Shown piece after piece: positions 31,971 through 40,413 of a stretch of DNA of 64,000 bases (position 1 is the first letter of the stretch; each line of letters starts with the position of its first letter). The notes beneath the pieces were generated by a model, which was not told the DNA's origin, did not search any database, and saw nothing but the letters and a program-made list of their open reading frames with translations. Source of the stretch: Trypanosoma brucei (taxonomy: Eukaryota); NCBI GenBank assembly GCA_000002445.1, contig CP000067.1, positions 320,001-384,000 on the forward strand. Direction: 5' to 3'. A program made the translations under genes and the position numbers.

Positions 31971-34283
31971 CTATGCGCCCTCGTCAATGGGAGCCGGTTC
32001 AGCACCGTGAATCATACCACAGTCACACCAGCCCTGGTCAACAGGAATTGGGAAGAGAGTCAGGTATACTCGCTTCAGGACGGTCTTCAACCGCTCCACC
32101 TCGGTGGATGAGTAACTTGACTTTGTGTTTCCCTGCAGGTCAATTTCAATACAGCCCGTAATGGTGGCGTGTTGTCCATCCTCTAACTCCACGGTGCACA
32201 CCCCGGTGCCAAGGTTTGTGACAACAGATGGGTAGAACTGTGACATCATGTGGTGAAAGCATTTTAGTCGAAAAAGACGATCATTTCCACAAACGTCCAC
32301 CGGAAGCGCATCTGCGCTGCTTGCTGCATGTTCTTGTTGCATGAGCTTAATGAGAGCAATGCAAGTGACATCCGCAAGGAGGTCGTTGTGATGGCTCGAG
32401 GTCCAATTCACCGTGACTGTCGTCTGAGATCTCGTGCTCTGCTGAACATCAACCCAAACGTCTTTGGAAACCGTAATCTGCGTTGCATTTCCCGCACACT
32501 CCTGCTCCTGACCACCTCCTATGGCATTGGCTGCATCCCCTCCTTCCTGCTTCTGCTGTTCATGCGGGGTTACGTCACTGAACATTTGACTCTGCGCGAA
32601 GTACCGCTTCAGCATTTCGAGCACTTCGTGCGGAGACTTGTACCTTGGAAGCGGCAGAACTATGGCCTGTTGGATTTGCGCCACGTCCAGATCCGTGAAG
32701 TGCGGAATATCGGTTGGATGCACAACGCTATATGTGTGATGTCCGGACATTAGTAACACCCCGCTAATGAATTCGCCATCGCGAGGTGGGTTACGGGCCA
32801 ACGTACCTAATACCTTGGCTGTTCGTTGCACACTAAAGGGTATACGAATGGCTTCTTGGTTTTTGGTGGCGTATACCTGCACCCCGCGGTCGGCAAAGTC
32901 TTGTTGGAGTTTGTTTTTCAGTTGCCCCATTGCCCCAACGTTGCCATGTACAAGAATGACATGTTTTGTCTTGGGTAGAGCTTGGATGAAGTCGCGTGTC
33001 TGTCTGCCATCGGAGTGAGCGGAGAAGGAGACGGATTGAATTGTTCTCATACGGAGAGGCAGGACCTTTCCGTCTGGCTTGGTGATTTCCCTTGGTTTTG
33101 AGAGAATGTCCTTGGCGATGGTCCCGTCAACGCAATAGCCAGCAACAATAATGCCATTCCGTTTGTCACCGCACCACCTTTCAAACAGTTCAAGTGATAT
33201 ACCCGACTGTAGCATACCAGGAGAAGCCAACACAACGCATGGCCCGGTGTCTTCGAAGGAGCGAGTGTCGAGAAGTGACTGAATATACTTAAACACGAAA
33301 GGGTTTCGGTGATTTTCGTGTTGCTTCTTCACTCGGTCATTCATAGCACTGACAAATGTCTGGTACAGCTTCATGCATCGCTGGGCTAGCGAAGATGCGT
33401 AGTAGATGGGTATGTGTTGCAACTCCTTGTGTGCTTCCCAATATTCTTCAAGTATGAGAAGAAGTTCTTGCGCGCGGCCCAGAGCAAATACTGGTACCAA
33501 ACATCGTCCACCCCCCTTCACGACATCGTGCACCCACGTCGTAAACAGGGATTCCCGCTCTTCACGTGACTCCAGTTCGCGTATACCATTTGTACTCTCT
33601 GCAATGAGAATATCGGGCGAGTACGGTGGAACTTCAGCTCCCAGAAGGTGACGGTCGGGAACACGTGAGAAGTCACCTGTATATAATAGTTTCATCCCCG
33701 CAATATCAACCATGAAAAGTGCAGCCCCAAGAACGTGACCGGCATTGAAAGGCTGGAAATGAATACCGTTCACTGTCACCTCTTCGTGGTATTCCACTGT
33801 TTCAATCTTTTCAATGGTACTTTGCAGCCACTCGTTGTTCACAATGTCCTCGGCACTTGCACCAATGCGCAGGAAATCGTTCATCACCATTTTATAGAAA
33901 GCTTTTGTTGCGCTCGTCATGAAGATGCGCCCCCTGAAGGAAGTCTGCTCGCAAAAGTACGGCAGTGCTCCACAGTGATCGAGGTGAAAGTGAGTGATGA
34001 GCACAAGGTCAATTTCGTCACAGCGGATGCTGTCAAAAAATGGAAGAGAATCTAATCCGCTCTTCGCCGGGTGGTTCCCGCAGTCCAGCATAACGGAGCG
34101 GCCCTTGTAGCGGACAACCACACACGAACGGCCGACTTCCCCGCCGCTGCCGATCGGTAGAATCTCCACCTCGTCTGTGGATGGCGGCGCGGCGGCCGGT
34201 TGAGGTCCCGCTGCAAGATGGCGTGGGGAGGAGCTGTCAAGCACATGTACGCCGGGTGCGCTGTACGCCGCGTGTGAAAACAT
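31971..34283 (-). CDS. CPSF3: Cleavage and polyadenylation specificity factor 73-kDa subunit (CPSF3; metallo-beta-lactamase/beta-CASP endonuclease), 770 aa
   Basis: ATG start. Contains the MBL motif LITHFHLDHCGALPYF, the beta-CASP region and the CPSF73 C-terminal domain. The N-terminal core LPIGSGGEVGRSCVVVRYKGRSVMLDCG is highly conserved. Confidence 0.92.
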   Translation of the reverse strand: MFSHAAYSAPGVHVLDSSSPRHLAAGPQPAAAPPSTDEVEILPIGSGGEVGRSCVVVRYKGRSVMLDCGNHPAKSGLDSLPFFDSIRCDEIDLVLITHFHLDHCGALPYFCEQTSFRGRIFMTSATKAFYKMVMNDFLRIGASAEDIVNNEWLQSTIEKIETVEYHEEVTVNGIHFQPFNAGHVLGAALFMVDIAGMKLLYTGDFSRVPDRHLLGAEVPPYSPDILIAESTNGIRELESREERESLFTTWVHDVVKGGGRCLVPVFALGRAQELLLILEEYWEAHKELQHIPIYYASSLAQRCMKLYQTFVSAMNDRVKKQHENHRNPFVFKYIQSLLDTRSFEDTGPCVVLASPGMLQSGISLELFERWCGDKRNGIIVAGYCVDGTIAKDILSKPREITKPDGKVLPLRMRTIQSVSFSAHSDGRQTRDFIQALPKTKHVILVHGNVGAMGQLKNKLQQDFADRGVQVYATKNQEAIRIPFSVQRTAKVLGTLARNPPRDGEFISGVLLMSGHHTYSVVHPTDIPHFTDLDVAQIQQAIVLPLPRYKSPHEVLEMLKRYFAQSQMFSDVTPHEQQKQEGGDAANAIGGGQEQECAGNATQITVSKDVWVDVQQSTRSQTTVTVNWTSSHHNDLLADVTCIALIKLMQQEHAASSADALPVDVCGNDRLFRLKCFHHMMSQFYPSVVTNLGTGVCTVELEDGQHATITGCIEIDLQGNTKSSYSSTEVERLKTVLKRVYLTLFPIPVDQGWCDCGMIHGAEPAPIDEGA

Positions 34284-34576
34284 GTCCGCTACCGCGTATC
34301 TCAGAAGCTAAGCGTTACTACGTGCACTAATGGAAAAACAACAATGTCAACAATGAAGTAGCGAAAGCGACGATAGTGAAGGAACTTGGGCACCCCGATG
34401 GAGAGGGTCATATTGACAAAGTCATATATATATATAGAGAGAGAGGTAGTGGAGTAATGAAGAAGAGTTGAATGCCATGGTGCACAAGTTGAGTGTCTTT
34501 TCACGGGTTTGCACCCTCGCGCGAAGATGTATGGAATTCGCACCAATTCTGTTGCGTCAGCTTCAGCGTTTCGCCT

Positions 34577-36010
34577 CTACCCCGTGTCGTTCCGCTTGGT
34601 GGAAGTGTAAATGGCGCGTTGTACAGCCATTGATGCGTACGGTTTCCCCTGGAATTCCTCTAAAACACACCTCTTCAGCGACAGAAGTGCGTTAACCTTT
34701 TTCTCGATGGTGACGGTTGACGGAACCGTGCACGCACGTAAATGCAACGGTGCTTTTGTTTCCATGCTAGTCACCTTCATGTAGACATCATCTGCTACAA
34801 CACAACTTCGAAGCCTCCTTGCCCCATTTCTGGCCTGAGCGACGGTGTCGCAGTAATTAGATGTCGCAATCGCGGACTGTTCCCCAGTTTGATTCGCCGT
34901 TCTTTGAACCGATAATATCATATCCAGGGACCTTTCTGTGTATTCATGACCGACGTAAATTAGGACATCGTCCGTGTGTATAATATCACCGGTTGCGGGG
35001 TGCACCCATGTGCGATTATTGTTGAAAATGTCCACAGTTTCGAGTGTTTCATCGACTGATGTAGCCTCAAAGAGGGCACCGCAACCCCCACAAAATACGC
35101 AGTCACCTGTGAAGAGTGCAAGCCGCTGCGGCTCACCTTCCTTTGGTAGCGCGTCTCCAACCAAAAACATAACGGACCCGCCGGTGTGGCCCGGGGTCGA
35201 CAGCACCACGACTTTGGCACCACCACCTGCAACAACCAGCTCATCACTACCCTTAATTAATTTATTGCAGGCGTGCGGCCTGTCCACCTCTGAGCCGTAG
35301 ATGTTAAGCTCCGGGGAGAGTAGCGCGCGGCACCTCTCACTACTGCATTGTGACAGGGCACGCATCTCCATGTTTCCACCGGCGTGGTCCCAATGCTTGT
35401 GGGTGGTGAGGATGTCTGTTATCATAAAATCAATTTGCGTGAGGTTCCGCACAACTTCCAGCATATTAAGTACAAGCGTTGGATCAGCAGGATCAACTAC
35501 GGCGCACCGCTTCGTTTTGCAACTCAGAATAAAGTAGGCGTAATTATCCAGTAGCACTGGCACCGGCATAACAAACACACCGTCATAGCATCCTTCCCGG
35601 CACTTCTCCCCAAGATGCTTCAGGTCCACCGTCCCGCCACCCCGCGTATGAAACTCGGAACCTTCCAACACATGAGGAGGGAAGGGACATCGGGTGATGA
35701 TGTTCCCGCTAAGACACCGCACGCCGTGGCGGTAGTCCGAATGCGGGACAGAGTAACGTTTGTGTATGAGGAATCGCAGCCACCTATAACCAACGAGCTC
35801 AGAACAGTAAAGATTGTACAAACACACGAAGAGATTCAACCTGAACCAAACAGGGGGGAAGTACGCGTTGGCTGGTATGAGTCCCAGCAAGCAAGTTGCA
35901 GCGGTGCCGATGACAAGTTGCGTAGCGCTCGCAATAGACGTAACGTAGAGAAAAATAGTGACCGCAACCATGAGAGACGGCCCGACGAACTGCTTCACGC
36001 TTTCCATCAT
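34577..36010 (-). CDS. Hydroxyacylglutathione hydrolase (glyoxalase II)-like metallo-beta-lactamase with an N-terminal extension of 2-3 predicted TM helices, 477 aa
   Basis: ATG start. TTHKHWDHAGGN matches the GLO2 THxHxDH motif (human HAGH: TTHHHWDHAGGN), with downstream GHTxGS and HEYT elements. The N-terminal ~110 aa is hydrophobic (LMVAVTIFLYVTSIASA..., LNLFVCLYNLYC). Confidence 0.7.
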   Translation of the reverse strand: MMESVKQFVGPSLMVAVTIFLYVTSIASATQLVIGTAATCLLGLIPANAYFPPVWFRLNLFVCLYNLYCSELVGYRWLRFLIHKRYSVPHSDYRHGVRCLSGNIITRCPFPPHVLEGSEFHTRGGGTVDLKHLGEKCREGCYDGVFVMPVPVLLDNYAYFILSCKTKRCAVVDPADPTLVLNMLEVVRNLTQIDFMITDILTTHKHWDHAGGNMEMRALSQCSSERCRALLSPELNIYGSEVDRPHACNKLIKGSDELVVAGGGAKVVVLSTPGHTGGSVMFLVGDALPKEGEPQRLALFTGDCVFCGGCGALFEATSVDETLETVDIFNNNRTWVHPATGDIIHTDDVLIYVGHEYTERSLDMILSVQRTANQTGEQSAIATSNYCDTVAQARNGARRLRSCVVADDVYMKVTSMETKAPLHLRACTVPSTVTIEKKVNALLSLKRCVLEEFQGKPYASMAVQRAIYTSTKRNDTG

Positions 36011-36651
36011 TGCCGGAGACTAAGCGGAGAGTTGGCACCTTCCCCCTTACTACTACTACGTTTAACTGCGGGTGCTTATCAAAGAACAAACTGTGAGTGC
36101 GGGAGGCGTGTGAATAACCAACTGGCAAAGGTCCAGTCGTGCATTCATGTTGTTCCCCCCTCTCTTTTTGCTGTCGATAAGGGCAATTCTTCCGCCCACC
36201 GACCACTAATACTCAAAGGCAGCGCCTCCGCCTCATCTGCGGGTCATTACAACTGTGCCACTGACCACTGGAACGTTCATCGGTCGTATAGCATTATGCT
36301 CGAGATAAATCTAAAACGAAAAAACACCTGAAAAATAACTGATTCCTCCCTAGCTTGTCTATCACATCCCCCTCCACCACTTGAACCTAAACAACCAGTT
36401 GAAAAAAAAACAACTTCCTCAACTAAATAATGCGTTAAAAGGACCACAAACCCATTTTCCTTTACTCGTCGTCTTCGTGTTACGTTTCCCCCCTTGCAAA
36501 ATGCGCCCCATTGACTTAGTACCTCTTTCCACCTCTCTACCCGGGCTCAGCGGCCTTCGCGAACGTGAAAAAACGAACCAACTGGCTATCACACACAAGG
36601 AGGATCCTGCTATGTTTTCCTTTATCCTCCCTGCCTTATTCACTTTTTTTT

Positions 36652-37533
36652 TTACATTTTAGAACTGGGAAGCACAAGGATACGCTGCCGTCCCTTCCAT
36701 TCAAACTGGGGCTGCAGCTTCACTCGCTTGGCAATGACACCGTGCTCGATGCAAACAAACTCCTTGTACCCGTCTGCCGGGAGGTCCTTCAACTTCTTTG
36801 ACTTCTCCACGTGAGGGTTCCATACGACGACGTCTGGAAGGTTTTCTCCTGAAACATGGACCGTGTGCCCCTTCATCGCGTCTACCAGAAGCACGGCACA
36901 AGCCTGGTTGAAGTATGTGCGGTCCGTTTCCTTCTTTATTATCCACAACCGCCTTGGCGGCAGCACACCCTGGTGGGGAGCCATGTTGTTAACATATGAG
37001 GTCATGTTCACCCCCTCCACCACGGTTTTCTCCACATTTCCCACCGCGAAGTATGTGTGAAACGCGAAGGTAAACTCCGCCACGCTCGTGGGATGCTGAT
37101 TCAATATTTCCATCTGCAGGTCTAAATGACTGTTGCTGAATGTGATTGTGTAGAGAAGTGCGACTGTTTCGGTTTCGGCCGACGGTGCCTCCGCAATGGG
37201 GGCCTCAGCAATCATGCCGGAGTCGTGTCCAAGCAAATCGCGAAGAGGCACGTTGAGTGTGAAGGAAGCAGAACCATTTGTTACTTCCTTCACAGCCCAC
37301 ATACGAACGCGCGCGAAGCCATGTGGCGGCAGCGGTCCCATGTTTCCAAACTGCGGAAAAACAATTGGGACACCACCGCGTATGGGAATTCCCTTCTCAT
37401 AGACGGCTTTGGAGCTGGTGTACAAGAGTTCTGTGCCCTCCTTGTTGCGCCAGTTGGTGAGGTGGGCGCCCTGCAAATGAACTAAGATGGAGGAACCGTC
37501 ATCGTTTCGTGCCACAATAGGAGATTTCGCCAT
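36652..37533 (-). CDS. Glucose-6-phosphate 1-epimerase (aldose-1-epimerase family, YeaD-like), ~293 aa
   Basis: The ORF-track start is TTG; the first ATG gives MAKSPIVARNDDGSS.... Diagnostic motif GIPIRGGVPIVFPQFG. Length matches the family. Confidence 0.85.
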   Translation of the reverse strand: MAKSPIVARNDDGSSILVHLQGAHLTNWRNKEGTELLYTSSKAVYEKGIPIRGGVPIVFPQFGNMGPLPPHGFARVRMWAVKEVTNGSASFTLNVPLRDLLGHDSGMIAEAPIAEAPSAETETVALLYTITFSNSHLDLQMEILNQHPTSVAEFTFAFHTYFAVGNVEKTVVEGVNMTSYVNNMAPHQGVLPPRRLWIIKKETDRTYFNQACAVLLVDAMKGHTVHVSGENLPDVVVWNPHVEKSKKLKDLPADGYKEFVCIEHGVIAKRVKLQPQFEWKGRQRILVLPSSKM

Positions 37534-37983
37534 ATGTTCTTCTCTCCTCTTTTGTGTATAGTTCGGTGGTTTATATAAACGATAATAAAACAAGACAGTG
37601 ATGATGCCGATAACTGAAACTGACCAATAATTTTGATGACTGCTAGTTGTTTTTTTTTTTTACCTTTTCGATATGCTTCGCTGTGGGGAATAGGGATGAA
37701 GCAAGAAGGAAATGTATGCGTAAGGACAGGAAGAGAAGAAAACAATATACGTCAAGCAATATTTGCACAAACACCAGAAAAGGTTGGACCTTAAGAGACC
37801 CGCTCCAAAGGTAACGACAGGCAGGTACGCAGGATAAAATAAACCACCGTTAATATATTAAACCCAGTTCCCCCAACACTAAAGCGGTCACGGCTCCTCG
37901 CCTACTCACAGGTGACAGTACCAACTGACTACAACACCGTCAGTCACTGCATTTGTTCTCTTCAATCTTCAGACAAGGAAGAA

Positions 37984-38439
37984 CTAGAAAAACGGGTAAG
38001 GCGGTGGTGGCCTACGCTTCATAATGTTTTTAATCTTTTGCTTGCACCACGAGTCATGCTGCTTCTCAGCCAAGAGGTAGTCGCTACGGAATTTCTTTGC
38101 CTGCGCCACGGGTAATGCCATCATTGTTTCATTGTGTTTAACAATACGTTCAACATCTGTTCGCATGTGATGATCTATAAATGCCGCGACTTCAAGACCA
38201 ATGGCCACTAGTTGCTTCACCGCCTCCTCATTTGCTTCCTCTGAATACTTGTAGAACTCAACAAGAACACGATGACGCGACCAGAAGAGCTTAGAGCGAT
38301 CATGAAAGTAAGCGGCCCGAAGGCTCTTCATGAGTTGCCGATAGCAATGCTGCTGCGGAGTCCAACATGAGGTGATCAGCGATGCTGTGCTCGGAGCAGA
38401 CACCACCGCATGACATGCCAATGTGGAGCTGCAGTTCAT
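37984..38439 (-). CDS. Small hypothetical protein (start uncertain; possibly LYR-motif-like)
   Basis: The ORF-track start at 38529 is TTG. In-frame ATGs occur at codon 31 (38439) and codon 67 (~38331). The C-terminal half (FWSRHRVLVEFYKYSEEANEEAVKQLVAIG) is basic and helical. Weak call. Confidence 0.35.
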   Translation of the reverse strand: MNCSSTLACHAVVSAPSTASLITSCWTPQQHCYRQLMKSLRAAYFHDRSKLFWSRHRVLVEFYKYSEEANEEAVKQLVAIGLEVAAFIDHHMRTDVERIVKHNETMMALPVAQAKKFRSDYLLAEKQHDSWCKQKIKNIMKRRPPPPYPFF

Positions 38440-38692
38440 GTCGCTATCTACACCAAACGACCGGGAGAAAATGGAAAAACAAAGACAACGAGGTAAGATA
38501 TTTAAATGACTAAAGGTTACAGGTTGCAAGGAATAAGGGAGGCCGATTGCAAATTTGTGAAGGAACTTTGTATTTCATTGGAACAACAAACGATTCCGAC
38601 AAACCGGCGCACATCACTCCATCGGTAAACCCGAGGCGATGACCCTGCTGCCAGCTGCGAAACATCTTCACAAACCCATGACAAAAAAGAAC

Positions 38693-39220
38693 TCACAAGT
38701 CTAAAACATGTGTGAGAGGTCCTTGCGACTCCAACCTCAGCCCCTGCCGGTTACCCCACGTGCCATTAATAACCCGCGCACTTGAACCTACCGCCGATCC
38801 GACCAGCGGAACCCCATTTGAGTCAACAGTAGTTGAGTCAACCCCACGCGCCTTCCTCATGAGCTGACAAAACTGGTTGTAGAGTAACTCCCCTTCACTT
38901 TTCCCCACCAACGCATGAAACTGCACATTCCGACCCTTCAATTTTCCCCCAAGTGACGCCTGTGGTACGATAAGCACATCAGCTGAGGGGAAGCTGCTTA
39001 AAGAGTCGGAAGATCGTGGCAGCGCATCAGATGACGACAAGTTATGGAAAACGTTTGCTGTAAGAATAACATCCACAGCATTTTTCAGTGCGTCTTCACT
39101 CACGGCGCCGATAAATGCAATGTAAATAAGGGCTCCACGACCGACGGACCCGTACCGCTGTTCGTTGTCAAGAAGAAGCGATGCCTTCTCTATCGACTGG
39201 AGTGCTACACGAACGGTCAT
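38693..39220 (-). CDS. DTD: D-aminoacyl-tRNA (D-Tyr-tRNA) deacylase, DTD, 175 aa
   Basis: ATG start. Family-like N-terminus (MTVRVALQSIEKASLLLD... GRGALIYIAFIG), a central VLIVPQASL (cf. VLVVSQFTL) and the C-terminal GTWGNRQGLRLESQGPLTHVLDL matching the DTD C-terminal SQFTL / NDGPVT-like motifs, with an internal insertion. Confidence 0.7.
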   Translation of the reverse strand: MTVRVALQSIEKASLLLDNEQRYGSVGRGALIYIAFIGAVSEDALKNAVDVILTANVFHNLSSSDALPRSSDSLSSFPSADVLIVPQASLGGKLKGRNVQFHALVGKSEGELLYNQFCQLMRKARGVDSTTVDSNGVPLVGSAVGSSARVINGTWGNRQGLRLESQGPLTHVLDL

Positions 39221-40413
39221 TCTTATGTACGATATGATTGAGTACTATTAAATGCTAAAAAAATCCGTAGTGATGAATGATGGGAGGCAAAATGAAAAAA
39301 GATGACCCATCGACTCAAAGGAGGGAAAAGTTAAAGGTAAAGGTAACGGAATAATAATTGATGCGTTAACATCCGGCGTTCACCCAACGAAAAGACAAAA
39401 GAATCCAACAAGATACTCGTTGCAATTAAAAGGCAAACGGAACTTTGGCCATGAGCTCCCACCTCCCCACGAAAAAAAAAAACATCCAAGCAAGAATAAA
39501 ACGAGACGAAACATAATATATATATATATATACTACTGAAACAAATAGCGAAAAGAAAACGCACCGCAATCATGCAGTTCCCCCTCTCCCGCTTTATAAC
39601 TTCAACAGGCATGCGGGAAAAATAAAACGGCAGTCTAATTTTGAATGCCTTAACATCGCCGCAAGTCCACAAGGCCTAGGCCAAATTTTATGCGAGATAT
39701 TCTCATAATCCCCGTGGTTTCATTAGCCGGCTACTTGTGTTTAACACACATGCAACGCACTTGCGTACACGTGTAGTGGTTGCCAAGGGAACACTCATCA
39801 GAAAGTAAAAGAATAAAAACAAAACTAAAAACTGCATTGAAACAAAGAAAACTGGCAGAATGGAATTCTCCACTTTGTAGACAATCTTATGAGTGTGAAA
39901 TACGACGCAGAGAAGGTTGCCAGCGACGTGTGTGAGGAACTGGTACGTAGAGCCAGTAAAAAAAAAAAAATGAAACAAATATTAAATTCGACGTACCGCT
40001 CGAAACCTAAGTAAATAACAAAAGGACACCAGATAGAGTAGTGAAAAGCTAAAGCCAACAACAACAAAATATATTCTAAGCACGGCAAACCGCAGACACG
40101 AGCTGCAGCGTGACGCCGCGGCTAACAAAAAGGAAGAAAAGGGGGAAAGATGGGCCATACGCGGCCCAATCAAATAAAATTAGATAGCGATAAGCTTGAG
40201 GATCAAAGCCTCAGCAACGGCAACCCTTTCACTCTAGACAGAGATGCACGAAGGGGTGTGAAACTAAACGAGTTTTTTTTTCTTACAATTAAAAAGGGAG
40301 AAATGAAAATGTTTATACGAGCAACTTCGCTCAACAGCGCCGCCTCCTCCAAGCAAATACTATTCTCGCCATAAAGACCAACAAGACAAAGAAACCGTGG
40401 GGAGCAAAGCACC

